Shown here: positions 44,419 through 56,888 of the stretch, in pieces | Layout of the letters: the number at the start of each line of letters is the position of its first letter | Position numbering within the stretch: the first letter of the stretch is position 1 | Assembly (NCBI RefSeq): GCF_988243305.1 | Contig: NZ_OZ547136.1 | Strand: one strand, 5' to 3' | Length of the DNA stretch: 64,000 nucleotides | The notes under the pieces: model-generated | What the model was told of the DNA's origin: nothing | The model's database searches: none | Seen by the model: the letters and a program-made list of their open reading frames with translations, nothing else | Position numbers and translations under genes: made by a program

Positions 44419-45780
44419 ATGTTTAAACCGGAACTCCTTTCCCCGGCGGGAACGCTGAAAAATATGCGTTACGCTTTCGCTTATGGCGCAGATGCTGTTT
44501 ATGCGGGCCAGCCGCGTTACTCCCTGCGTGTGCGCAACAACGAATTTAACCACGAAAATCTTCAGCTCGGCATCAATGAAGCCCACGCGCTGGGGAAAAA
44601 GTTTTATGTCGTGGTCAACATTGCACCGCACAACGCCAAGCTGAAAACCTTTATCCGTGACCTGAAACCGGTGGTGGAAATGGGGCCGGATGCGCTGATT
44701 ATGTCCGATCCGGGGCTGATTATGCTGGTGCGCGAGCACTTCCCTGAAATGCCGATCCATCTCTCAGTACAGGCTAACGCCGTGAACTGGGCGACGGTGA
44801 AATTCTGGCAGCAAATGGGTCTGACCCGCGTGATCCTCTCTCGCGAACTGTCACTGGAAGAGATTGAAGAGATCCGCAATCAGGTGCCAGATATGGAGAT
44901 CGAAATCTTCGTTCACGGCGCGCTGTGCATGGCCTACTCCGGTCGCTGCCTGCTCTCTGGCTATATCAACAAGCGCGACCCGAACCAGGGCACCTGCACC
45001 AACGCCTGCCGCTGGGAGTACAACGTCCAGGAAGGGAAAGAAGATGACGTTGGCAACATCGTGCACAAGTACGAGCCGATTCCGGTGCAAAATGTTGAGC
45101 CGACGCTGGGTATCGGCGCACCAACTGACAAAGTGTTTATGATCGAAGAAGCCCAGCGTCCGGGCGAGTATATGACCGCGTTTGAAGATGAGCACGGCAC
45201 TTACATCATGAACTCGAAAGATCTGCGCGCTATCGCCCACGTTGAACGCCTGACCAAAATGGGCGTGCATTCGCTGAAAATCGAAGGCCGTACTAAATCT
45301 TTCTACTATTGCGCACGCACCGCACAGGTTTACCGTAAAGCTATCGATGACGCCGCTGCGGGCAAACCGTTCGATACCAGCCTGCTGGAAACTCTGGAAG
45401 GTCTGGCGCATCGTGGCTATACCGAAGGTTTCCTGCGTCGTCATACTCACGACGATTATCAGAACTACGAATACGGTTATTCAGTTTCTGACCGCCAGCA
45501 GTTTGTTGGTGAGTTTACCGGTGAGCGCAAGGGCGACCTCGCGGCGGTAGCGGTGAAAAATAAATTCTCCGTTGGCGACAGCCTTGAGCTGATGACGCCG
45601 CAAGGGAACATTAACTTTACCCTTGAGCAGATGGAAAACGCCAAAGGCGAAGCAATGCCGGTCGCACCGGGCGATGGTTATACTGTGTGGATCCCGGTCC
45701 CGCAGGATCTTGAGCTAAATTACGCGCTGCTGATGCGTAATTTCTCCGGGGAAACCACGCGTAACCCACACGGTAAGTGA
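44419..45780 (+). CDS. yegQ: U32-family peptidase-like protein (tRNA hydroxylation, TrhP)
   Basis: 453-aa ORF MFKPELLSPAGTLKNMRYAFAYGADAVYAGQPRYSLR... with conserved Cys cluster. Confidence 0.9.
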   Translation: MFKPELLSPAGTLKNMRYAFAYGADAVYAGQPRYSLRVRNNEFNHENLQLGINEAHALGKKFYVVVNIAPHNAKLKTFIRDLKPVVEMGPDALIMSDPGLIMLVREHFPEMPIHLSVQANAVNWATVKFWQQMGLTRVILSRELSLEEIEEIRNQVPDMEIEIFVHGALCMAYSGRCLLSGYINKRDPNQGTCTNACRWEYNVQEGKEDDVGNIVHKYEPIPVQNVEPTLGIGAPTDKVFMIEEAQRPGEYMTAFEDEHGTYIMNSKDLRAIAHVERLTKMGVHSLKIEGRTKSFYYCARTAQVYRKAIDDAAAGKPFDTSLLETLEGLAHRGYTEGFLRRHTHDDYQNYEYGYSVSDRQQFVGEFTGERKGDLAAVAVKNKFSVGDSLELMTPQGNINFTLEQMENAKGEAMPVAPGDGYTVWIPVPQDLELNYALLMRNFSGETTRNPHGK

Positions 45781-45812
45781 TTAATTTCGATTATTTTTCC
45801 CGGATGGAAAAT

Positions 45813-45834
45813 TCTTAGAAACCGATCACATACA
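45813..45834 (+). promoter_or_regulatory. Candidate CRP site (class II position) for cyaR
   Basis: tcttagaaaccgatcacataca with a perfect TCACA right half, centred about 41.5 nt upstream of the inferred CyaR 5' end. Confidence 0.45.
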
Positions 45835-45864
45835 GCTGCATTTATTAAGGTTATCATCCGTTTC

Positions 45865-45951
45865 GCTGAAAAACATAACCCATAAAATGCTAGCTGTACC
45901 AGGAACCACCTCCTTAGCCTGTGTAATCTCCCTTACACGGGCTTATTTTTT
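45865..45951 (+). ncRNA. cyaR: CyaR (RyeE) Hfq-dependent sRNA
   Basis: gctgaaaaacataacccataaaatgctagctgtaccaggaaccacctccttagcctgtgtaatctcccttacacgggcttatttttt matches my recollection of CyaR, including the terminal hairpin and U-tract. Confidence 0.85.
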
Positions 45952-46109
45952 ATGCATAGGCCCTATCCCTGGTCACCGTCTTCCATTGACCACATCGATA
46001 GAATCTCCCTTCATAGCACGATGCCTTTCACGTAACGGCATCGTGCTCGCACTAGTTCCGGCTAAGCACAACCAGAACGCGCATGTTTGACGCTTACCAA
46101 AAAATATTC

Positions 46110-46427
46110 TCACTCTCCACATTTGAATGTCAGACGAGCGACGCCATGTAATCCTGCACCTTCTGTCTTCAGGTCAACTATCTGCATTTTTTTGCCCTGA
46201 GTAACACAGAAATGAGCTGCATCATTTTTTACTATATTTTCTGCACCAGATATTCTGCCCCTGGCTAAAGAAGCTTCGGCTTCGGTGTAGTATTGGTTAT
46301 CGAGTTTACGCTGAATATTACTTTTATATGCAAGACCAAATTTACCGATACTTGTCTCATCATTATGTACAGCACACCCAGACATAAGAAAAACACTAAT
46401 TAATGATATAGCAGCTATCTTTTTCAT
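46110..46427 (-). CDS. yegR: Small lipoprotein of unknown function
   Basis: Track ORF is 125 aa; trimmed to MKKIAAISLISVFLMSGCAVHND... (105 aa) with signal peptide and lipobox LMSGC. Confidence 0.85.
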   Translation of the reverse strand: MKKIAAISLISVFLMSGCAVHNDETSIGKFGLAYKSNIQRKLDNQYYTEAEASLARGRISGAENIVKNDAAHFCVTQGKKMQIVDLKTEGAGLHGVARLTFKCGE

Positions 46428-46841
46428 CTTACCTTCCCCCATTAAATACCAACGACACGCTCTGGTGTTAAAATATAATAATGGCATGATTATTATAATT
46501 GAATAGGATTATAATAAATGTTCTGTACAACATTTCCTACATAAGTAGGAATTACAAACATGAAGCCCTGCCCAGGTATCCCCATGAGGGCTTTAATATA
46601 TTTAGAATAAGATAGTGAAGATGCCACTGTTTAGTTGAATATTAGGTATATGCTCTTTTTTGAAATTTACCGGTGGCTACCGTTAACATTCACTGTCCCC
46701 ATTGCAAGCTCCTGGTGGTAACCACTGAATCCTCCATACTTGAACTGACTTTTTATCCTCCGACTTTCATCCTGTTCTGACTCCACCTTTTCTTTTCTGC
46801 TCTACACTATCTACAGACCAATCATAAAGGCACATACGATC

Positions 46842-47741
46842 ATGGCAGAATTTCCCGCCAGCTTACTGATTCTTAATGGCAAAAGTACTGACAATTTACC
46901 ATTGCGCGAAGCAATTATGCTGTTGCGTGAGGAAGGAATGACGATCCATGTGCGGGTCACCTGGGAGAAAGGCGATGCCGCACGATATGTAGAGGAGGCC
47001 CGGAAGTTGGGCGTCGCAACGGTGATTGCCGGTGGTGGCGATGGCACCATTAATGAAGTTTCTACGGCGTTGATTCAGTGTGAGGGGGATGACATACCCG
47101 CGCTGGGAATTTTGCCATTAGGAACCGCCAATGATTTTGCCACCAGTGTAGGGATTCCTGAGGCACTGGATAAGGCGCTGAAACTGGCAATTGCCGGTAA
47201 CGCCATTGCGATAGATATGGCGCAGGTCAACAAACAAACCTGTTTTATTAATATGGCGACAGGCGGGTTTGGGACGCGTATTACCACAGAAACGCCGGAA
47301 AAATTAAAAGCCGCGCTGGGTGGCGTCTCTTACATCATTCATGGCTTAATGCGCATGGACACTCTGCAACCGGACCGTTGTGAGATCCGCGGTGAAAACT
47401 TTCACTGGCAAGGTGACGCCCTGGTCATTGGTATTGGTAACGGGCGTCAGGCCGGTGGCGGTCAACAATTGTGCCCGAACGCGTTAATTAACGATGGCTT
47501 GCTGCAACTGCGCATTTTTACCGGCGATGAAATTCTTCCGGCTCTCGTATCAACCTTAAAATCTGACGAAGATAACCCGAATATTATCGAAGGCGCTTCG
47601 TCGTGGTTTGATATACAAGCCCCACACGAAATCACTTTTAATCTTGATGGCGAACCGTTGAGCGGACAAAACTTTCATATTGAAATACTTCCGGCGGCGT
47701 TGCGTTGTCGATTACCACCGGATTGTCCATTATTGCGTTAA
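46842..47741 (+). CDS. yegS: Lipid kinase, diacylglycerol-kinase catalytic domain family
   Basis: 299-aa [35 protein letters not shown]... with GGDGT motif. Confidence 0.92.
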   Translation: MAEFPASLLILNGKSTDNLPLREAIMLLREEGMTIHVRVTWEKGDAARYVEEARKLGVATVIAGGGDGTINEVSTALIQCEGDDIPALGILPLGTANDFATSVGIPEALDKALKLAIAGNAIAIDMAQVNKQTCFINMATGGFGTRITTETPEKLKAALGGVSYIIHGLMRMDTLQPDRCEIRGENFHWQGDALVIGIGNGRQAGGGQQLCPNALINDGLLQLRIFTGDEILPALVSTLKSDEDNPNIIEGASSWFDIQAPHEITFNLDGEPLSGQNFHIEILPAALRCRLPPDCPLLR

Positions 47742-47768
47742 TCAAACTATTCTCTCTTGAACCAGGGA

Positions 47769-47815
47769 GAAACAGTTATGCCGGATGCGGTATAAACACC
47801 TTATCCGGCCTACTG
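47769..47815. repeat. REP palindromic element between yegS and gatR
   Basis: atgccggatgcggtataaacaccttatccggcctactg. Confidence 0.7.
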
Positions 47816-47822
47816 AACAATA

Positions 47823-48602
47823 CTACACCGTAATTAATTTCACCCGTGTCTTCTGCAATGCCAGTTTATCCACCTCTGACACGGCATCATCGGTAATAAT
47901 AATGTCGATTTTTTCGATTGGCAGTACCTGATTAAAACCGCGACGATTAAATTTCGATGAATCGAGAACGGCAATCACTTTATTTGCGGCTGTGACCATC
48001 GCCCCGCTAATCGAATAACCTTCATTAAAGGTCGTAATACCATTAACCGCATCAATACCATCAGCACCGACAAACATTAAATCGGCATTAATATCCTGCA
48101 ATGAACGCTCGGCAATGGAACCATGCATCGAGCGTGTTTTATGGCGGACGGTCCCACCACAGACGACCAGAGTAATGTCTTTATTTTCGGAAAGGGCAAA
48201 CGCCGCCGGGAGACTGTTGGTAATCACCGTGATATTTTTGGCGGTCATTAAACCTTCGGCGATAAGCATTGTGGTACTTCCGCTGTCGAGAATAACGGTC
48301 ATCCCTTCGTGGATCATTTTGACTGCCGCCTGCGCTATTCTGTTTTTTGGCGCACTGGCGAGCTGAAATCGCTCTTTAAACCCAACTTCCTGGGTCTCGG
48401 TTTCACTATTACCGGACATTATTTTCGCCGCACCGCCATGAAAGCGCGTAACTACGCCTTTTTGTTCGAGAAAGCGCAAATCGGCACGGATTGTCGCTTC
48501 CGAGGCAGCAAATACTCCCGCCAGATCCTGAACAAGCACGGTTCCCTGTTCATTCACTAATTGGATGATCTTATTCCTTCGCTCGAATGAATTCATCGTC
48601 AT
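47823..48602 (-). CDS. gatR: DeoR-family transcriptional repressor of the galactitol operon (intact)
   Basis: 259-aa uninterrupted ORF; N-terminal HTH and C-terminal DeoR sugar-binding domain; immediately downstream of gatD. Confidence 0.88.
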   Translation of the reverse strand: MTMNSFERRNKIIQLVNEQGTVLVQDLAGVFAASEATIRADLRFLEQKGVVTRFHGGAAKIMSGNSETETQEVGFKERFQLASAPKNRIAQAAVKMIHEGMTVILDSGSTTMLIAEGLMTAKNITVITNSLPAAFALSENKDITLVVCGGTVRHKTRSMHGSIAERSLQDINADLMFVGADGIDAVNGITTFNEGYSISGAMVTAANKVIAVLDSSKFNRRGFNQVLPIEKIDIIITDDAVSEVDKLALQKTRVKLITV

Positions 48603-48701
48603 TTACCCATATTCAATTGTGGCTAGTGTAAACGAAGGGGGACCATTGGTGAATGATCTGTTTTGCACAATACCGGGCCAGCATCACGCTGGCCCGCGGT
48701 T

Positions 48702-49742
48702 TCAGGGAATGAGCAACACTTTGCCCGGCATAGCATTACGAGCGATGTCACGCACCGCCTGGGCGAAGCTTTCAAAGCTTCCACGGTGAGCGATTAATGG
48801 CTCCAGGCTTAACTTACGTTCTGTCAGCAACCGGCTCGCCGTTTCCCACTCCTGCCCCGGCCAAGGGCTGGAGTAGTTCATCCAGCTGCCGATAACCGTC
48901 AGCTCTTTACGCAATATTTTGCCAAACGTTGCCGATGTTAAATGCAGATCCTGATGCAACGTGCCCACCAGCGCCAGCTGGGCATGAGGCCCGGCAATCT
49001 CTACCGCCAGTTCGACGGTTTGCGGGACGCCAGCCGTCTCGAGGATAAGCTGATTAAAGCGCAGTTCGCGTAAAACGCTCTGCATTTGCGGCGCGCTCAT
49101 TTCGCTACTGTTAAATGTTTGCATCGCACCGAAAGATTTTGCCAGTGCCAGTTTTTCTGAGCTAATGTCGATAGCCGTCACACTCTTTGCTCCCAGCGCG
49201 ACAGCGCACTGAATTGCCAGCAGGCCAATGGTTCCGGCACCAATAATAATAACGTTTTTATTCTCACAACCTTGCGCTAAATGAAAAGCATGCAGGCCAA
49301 CGGTAATCGGTTCAATAAAAGCCCCATCCTCAATAGGCATATCCGTGGGTAGAGCAAAGACATTTTTTCGCTTAACGACAATATATTCAGCAAATCCACC
49401 ATCACGCCGCGAGCCAATAAAATCATATTTTGCGCACTGGGAATAAAACCCTTTCAAACACTCTGGACAAGTAAAACAGGGTAATAACGGCACACAGGCA
49501 ACCGCATCGCCAGGGTGTAAATCATCAACACCGGATCCCACCGCATCAATATAGCCGCTAAATTCATGGCCTAACGTTATTGGATAATAATGTGCACCAT
49601 TTTTAAATATCCTGGGTAAATCGGAACCACATAAGCCCGAGCTGGTAATTTTTACCCGTACCTCATCCTGATGTTTAATTTCAGGAATGACGCTTTCTGC
49701 AACGCGCACGATACCATCAGTATCATTCACCACTGATTTCAT
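48702..49742 (-). CDS. gatD: Galactitol-1-phosphate 5-dehydrogenase (Zn-dependent)
   Basis: 346-aa ORF with Zn-ADH motifs GHEFSG and CGSD-type Cys ligands. Confidence 0.95.
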   Translation of the reverse strand: MKSVVNDTDGIVRVAESVIPEIKHQDEVRVKITSSGLCGSDLPRIFKNGAHYYPITLGHEFSGYIDAVGSGVDDLHPGDAVACVPLLPCFTCPECLKGFYSQCAKYDFIGSRRDGGFAEYIVVKRKNVFALPTDMPIEDGAFIEPITVGLHAFHLAQGCENKNVIIIGAGTIGLLAIQCAVALGAKSVTAIDISSEKLALAKSFGAMQTFNSSEMSAPQMQSVLRELRFNQLILETAGVPQTVELAVEIAGPHAQLALVGTLHQDLHLTSATFGKILRKELTVIGSWMNYSSPWPGQEWETASRLLTERKLSLEPLIAHRGSFESFAQAVRDIARNAMPGKVLLIP

Positions 49743-49789
49743 AAAAACTCCTGATTGTTAAGGGGGATTACCTCCCCCTCAGGTAAAAA

Positions 49790-51145
49790 TTATTCTGCGA
49801 GAACGGCTTTCTCTTGTTTAATAAAACCACGCGCTCTACGCCAGGTCATGAAAATACCGGTCAGATAAATTGCGCCGATAATAATGAAACCGGGAATATT
49901 TTGCGGGGAGAAAACCTGAATCAGTAACCAGGTAATGGGAGAACCGCCCTGATCCATTGAAGCCACCATACCCCCGGCTTTTAACGCCCCAGCATTAGCC
50001 GCCAGTTGGGTGTGCAAACCAATAGTTTGCGTCGCGATCCACAGGGTGATGCTCATAATGATGACACCCGAGATTAAGGTGCGGAACAGATTTCCACGAT
50101 GCACGGCAACTGCCATCGCCACAAAGAAGCCGATAGTTGCAAGATCGCCAAACGGCAGCACCTGATTACCCGGCACACAAACAGCAATTAAAATGGTGAG
50201 CGGGATAAAAATCAGGCTTGCCGATACCACCGCCGTATGCCCCAGCAGCAACGCCGGATCAAGGCCAATCAGGAACTCCTGACCGCCGAACTTCGCCTGT
50301 AAACGACTACGGGCCTGCTTAGCGATGGGCGTTAAACCATCCATGATGGGTTTAATCACCCGTGGCATCAGCAGCATCACCGCCGCCGTTTTTACCGCCA
50401 GCTGCAATACACCTTTGACATCGTAACCCGCGAGGATGCCGATAATCAGCCCCATCACAAAACCCACGGTGACAGGCTCGCCAAACGGACCAAATTTGCG
50501 CTGAATATCGTCGGCGCTAAATTTAATACGGTTAACGCCTGGGATTTTCTCGATGATAGCATCCACCAGCACCGCAATTGGCCCCAGATACGCCGACGTA
50601 CCGTGCGGAATAGCAATGCCTTCCAGCTCAAAGAAATTTCGGGTATCGCGGGCAAACCAGTCGCCGAGCTTATAAACAAACGCCGCGTGAATTACCACAC
50701 CCGCCATCCCTATCATCCATGAACCGGTTGCCAGATGCAGCAACGCGCCGGTGAAGGTCATATGCCAGATATTCCAGATATCAACATTTACCACCCGCGT
50801 CATACGGGTCAGTAGCATCGCCACGTTAACCAGAATCGCAATCGGAATCGCCACCAGCGCAATTTGCGACGCCCAGGTCATTGGTGAAGAGCCCGGCCAA
50901 CCGACATCGACCACATGCAGATTCAGGTCGAAATTTTCCGCCATCGCTTTCGCCGCCGGGCCAATGGAATCCAGCATTAAGCCAATCACAAGGCCAATGC
51001 CAACAAAGCCAATCCCGATATGCAGACCTGCTTTAAAGCAATCGCCTGCCTTCATGCCTAATATTTTAGAAAAAATAATGATGACAATCGGTAGCATCAC
51101 CGTAGGGCCGAGGTCGAGAATATAACGCATGACTTCTGAAAACAT
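49790..51145 (-). CDS. gatC: PTS galactitol-specific EIIC permease
   Basis: 451-aa polytopic membrane ORF. Confidence 0.95.
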   Translation of the reverse strand: MFSEVMRYILDLGPTVMLPIVIIIFSKILGMKAGDCFKAGLHIGIGFVGIGLVIGLMLDSIGPAAKAMAENFDLNLHVVDVGWPGSSPMTWASQIALVAIPIAILVNVAMLLTRMTRVVNVDIWNIWHMTFTGALLHLATGSWMIGMAGVVIHAAFVYKLGDWFARDTRNFFELEGIAIPHGTSAYLGPIAVLVDAIIEKIPGVNRIKFSADDIQRKFGPFGEPVTVGFVMGLIIGILAGYDVKGVLQLAVKTAAVMLLMPRVIKPIMDGLTPIAKQARSRLQAKFGGQEFLIGLDPALLLGHTAVVSASLIFIPLTILIAVCVPGNQVLPFGDLATIGFFVAMAVAVHRGNLFRTLISGVIIMSITLWIATQTIGLHTQLAANAGALKAGGMVASMDQGGSPITWLLIQVFSPQNIPGFIIIGAIYLTGIFMTWRRARGFIKQEKAVLAE

Positions 51146-51148
51146 AGG

Positions 51149-51433
51149 TCACCCCTGTAAGATAGTCAGAATTTTATTTTGTAATGCTTCGATACCGACA
51201 CCAGAAACAAAAGGCATGCCGTGAACTAACGGAATATCGCCAAAACTACGGTCAACTTTGGCGGTAGTACATATCAAATGCACGCCATCCATATAGGTTT
51301 CTATTTCATTAACCCGACACTGGATTAATTCAACAGGAATATTATGACTCTGACACAACTCTTTAATTTCTTCCGCCGCCATCGTAGAGGTCGCAACCGC
51401 GCCTCCGCAAGCGACAATAATCTTGCGTTTCAT
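51149..51433 (-). CDS. gatB: PTS galactitol-specific EIIB
   Basis: 94-aa [25 protein letters not shown]... with active-site Cys. Confidence 0.95.
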   Translation of the reverse strand: MKRKIIVACGGAVATSTMAAEEIKELCQSHNIPVELIQCRVNEIETYMDGVHLICTTAKVDRSFGDIPLVHGMPFVSGVGIEALQNKILTILQG

Positions 51434-51463
51434 AAATAGTCCTTTTTATTGTTACAGAGGGAT

Positions 51464-51916
51464 TTATTCGTCTGAATCTAAAACATACTTTGTGAAGTAT
51501 TCCTTTAACTGGGTTTCAGGAAGAGTGATTAGTGTCTCGACGATATCGGGCTGTTGTAACTTGCCAAATAAACAGCGTAAAAGTTTCAATTGCTGCTGCG
51601 GATTTTCCACAATCAACGCAATAACCAACGATACCGCCACGTCATTATCATCATCCGCTTGCTGAAAATGAACTTTATTTGTTGGCCTTAACAGATAAAT
51701 GGCTGACGACTTAGCATGAATCGCCTCACAATGCGGTATTGCGATGGCGTGCTGCTCAAGCATTATCCCGGTAGGGAATTCTGCTTCTCTGGCAATTAAT
51801 GCCTGTGGCCAGGTATCATGAACCACACCTTTCGCGAGCATCTCATTACCGATATGGGTTAAAACTTCGCTACGATCGGCAAAAGAAATTCCGCTACGAA
51901 CAAACAGGTTAGTCAT
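51464..51916 (-). CDS. gatA: PTS galactitol-specific EIIA
   Basis: 150-aa ORF. Confidence 0.95.
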   Translation of the reverse strand: MTNLFVRSGISFADRSEVLTHIGNEMLAKGVVHDTWPQALIAREAEFPTGIMLEQHAIAIPHCEAIHAKSSAIYLLRPTNKVHFQQADDDNDVAVSLVIALIVENPQQQLKLLRCLFGKLQQPDIVETLITLPETQLKEYFTKYVLDSDE

Positions 51917-51925
51917 ATACCATCC

Positions 51926-54125
<2,200 letters not shown>

Positions 54126-54301
54126 TTAAATGTCGAGATAACGATCACAAAAACGACAATATGAAAATTGTTCGAGGAGTGAAAGGCAAAAAAAACGGCC
54201 TCCCGATAGGGAAGCCGTAGCAAAGTGCGCGTGTTTTTATGCCGGATGCGACGTAAACGCCTTTTCCGTCATACGTGGTAGTGCTGTTCGTATAAGGCGT
54301 A

Positions 54302-55354
54302 TCAGGCGATAGTAATTTTGCTATCGAGATAAACGTCCTGCACGGCGTTAATCAGTTTCACGCCGTCAGCCATCGATTTCTTGAACGCCTTACGTCCAAG
54401 AATCAGCCCCATTCCGCCAGCGCGTTTGTTGATGACCGCAGTACGCACTGCATCGCTGAGGTCAGTTTCACCGCCTGCAGCACCGCCGGAGTTTATCAAC
54501 CCTGCCCGGCCCATATAGCAGTTAGCTAACTGATAACGCACCAGATCAATCGGGTTTTCGCTGGTCAATTTGCTATAAACACGATCGTCGGTATAACCGT
54601 AATTAATCGCTTTATAGCCGCCGTTATTTTCCGCCATTTTTTGTTTGACGATATCCGCACCTATAGTCGCCGCCAGATGGTTTGCCTGACCGGTCAGGTC
54701 GGCGGAAACATGGTAATCAACGCCATCTTTCTTAAAGGCGGAGTTACGCAAATAGGCCCACAGCACTGTCACCATGCCCAGCTCGTGCGCACGTTCAAAA
54801 GCCGCAGAAATTTCTTCAATCTGGCGTCGTGACTCTTCCGAGCCAAAATAGATAGTCGCCCCAACCGCCACCGCGCCCATGTTGAACGCCTGCTCCACGC
54901 TGGCATACAGCGTTTGATCGTAGGTATTCGGGTAACTTAGCGTCTCGTTGTGATTAAGTTTGACGAGGAATGGAATGCGATGCGCGTAACGCCGCGATAC
55001 CGACGCCAGCACGCCGTAAGTTGACGCCACGCAGTTACAGCCCGCTTCGATCGCCAGTTCAACAATGTTTTTCGGGTCAAAGTAGAGCGGGTTAGCGGCA
55101 AATGAAGCTCCGGCAGAGTGCTCAACGCCCTGGTCAACCGGCAGAATAGAAAGATATCCTGTGCCAGCCAGACGCCCAGTGTTGTACAACGTCTGCATAT
55201 TACGTAACACCGCTGGCGGGCGATTATTGTCAATCATCACGCGGTCTACGTAGTCATGTCCGGGGAGATAAAGCTGGTCAGAAGGAATAGTCATACAACG
55301 GTGCTGTAAAAGGTTGTCGGCGTCTTTGCCAAGCAACTGCGCAATATCTGTCAT
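54302..55354 (-). CDS. fbaB: Fructose-bisphosphate aldolase class I
   Basis: Track ORF is 374 aa; trimmed to [24 protein letters not shown]... (350 aa). Confidence 0.92.
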
Positions 55355-55610
55355 TACTATGCTCCCGTAAATTCCGATTGGATATCGGCTATGGATTGTC
55401 CTGGCCCGCCTTTTGCGGGCAATCATAATCCTGGTCGTTACAGGCGAGTTTTTCCATCTTTTGGATGTTTTTTCAGCGTTTTCTGTTGGCTCGATTCATC
55501 AGAAAAAATGTTACCGCGGTCAAGTTTTCACCGCAAAGGTATTTAAAAGGTATTATTAAATGGTATTGTCATCGCGTACCTTACATTACCTGTCATGAAG
55601 GAATTAAAAG

Positions 55611-56888
55611 ATGAAAACAACAGCAAAGCTGTCGTTCATGATGTTTGTTGAATGGTTTATCTGGGGCGCGTGGTTTGTGCCATTGTGGTTGTGGTTAAGT
55701 AAAAGCGGTTTTAGTGCCGGAGAAATTGGCTGGTCGTATGCCTGTACCGCCATTTCGGCGATCCTGTCGCCAATTCTGGTTGGCTCCATCACTGACCGCT
55801 TTTTCTCGGCGCAGAAAGTGCTGGCGGTATTGATGTTCGCTGGCGCGGTACTGATGTATTTCGCTGCGCAACAGACCACTTTTGCCGGGTTCTTCCCGTT
55901 ACTGCTGGCCTACTCGCTAACCTATATGCCGACCATTGCGCTGACTAACAGTATCGCTTTTGCCAACGTGCCGGATGTGGAGCGTGATTTCCCACGCATT
56001 CGTGTGATGGGCACTATCGGCTGGATTGCCTCCGGTCTGGCATGTGGATTTTTGCCGCAAATGCTGGGTTATGCCGATATCTCTCCGACTAACATCCCGC
56101 TGCTGATTACCGCCGGAAGTTCTGCTCTGCTCGGTGTGTTTGCGTTTTTCCTGCCCGACACGCCGCCAAAAAGCACCGGCAAAATGGACATTAAAGTCAT
56201 GCTCGGCCTGGATGCGCTGATCCTGCTGCGCGATAAAAACTTCCTCGTCTTTTTCTTCTGTTCATTTCTGTTTGCGATGCCACTGGCGTTCTATTACATC
56301 TTTGCCAACGGTTATCTGACCGAAGTTGGCATGAAAAACGCCACCGGCTGGATGACGCTCGGCCAGTTCTCTGAAATCTTCTTTATGCTGGCATTGCCGT
56401 TTTTTACCAAACGCTTTGGTATCAAAAAGGTATTATTGCTTGGTCTGGTCACCGCTGCGATCCGCTATGGCTTCTTTATTTACGGTAGTGCGGATGAATA
56501 TTTCACCTACGCGTTACTGTTCCTCGGTATTTTGCTTCACGGCGTAAGTTACGATTTTTACTACGTTACCGCTTACATCTATGTCGATAAAAAAGCCCCC
56601 GTGCATATGCGTACCGCCGCGCAGGGGCTGATCACGCTCTGCTGCCAGGGCTTCGGCAGTTTGCTCGGCTATCGTCTTGGCGGTGTGATGATGGAAAAGA
56701 TGTTCGCTTATCAGGAACCGGTAAACGGGCTGACCTTCAACTGGGCCGGGATGTGGACTTTTGGCGCGGTGATGATTGCCATTATCGCCGTGCTGTTCAT
56801 GATTTTTTTCCGCGAATCCGACAACGAAATTACGGCTATCAAGGTCGATGATCGCGATATTGCGTTGACACAAGGGGAAGTTAAATGA
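55611..56888 (+). CDS. yegT: MFS nucleoside transporter family protein
   Basis: 425-aa polytopic ORF. Confidence 0.9.
   Translation: MKTTAKLSFMMFVEWFIWGAWFVPLWLWLSKSGFSAGEIGWSYACTAISAILSPILVGSITDRFFSAQKVLAVLMFAGAVLMYFAAQQTTFAGFFPLLLAYSLTYMPTIALTNSIAFANVPDVERDFPRIRVMGTIGWIASGLACGFLPQMLGYADISPTNIPLLITAGSSALLGVFAFFLPDTPPKSTGKMDIKVMLGLDALILLRDKNFLVFFFCSFLFAMPLAFYYIFANGYLTEVGMKNATGWMTLGQFSEIFFMLALPFFTKRFGIKKVLLLGLVTAAIRYGFFIYGSADEYFTYALLFLGILLHGVSYDFYYVTAYIYVDKKAPVHMRTAAQGLITLCCQGFGSLLGYRLGGVMMEKMFAYQEPVNGLTFNWAGMWTFGAVMIAIIAVLFMIFFRESDNEITAIKVDDRDIALTQGEVK

Noticed and set aside
44851-45450. 199-aa minus-strand ORF.
   Set aside because: Antisense within yegQ.
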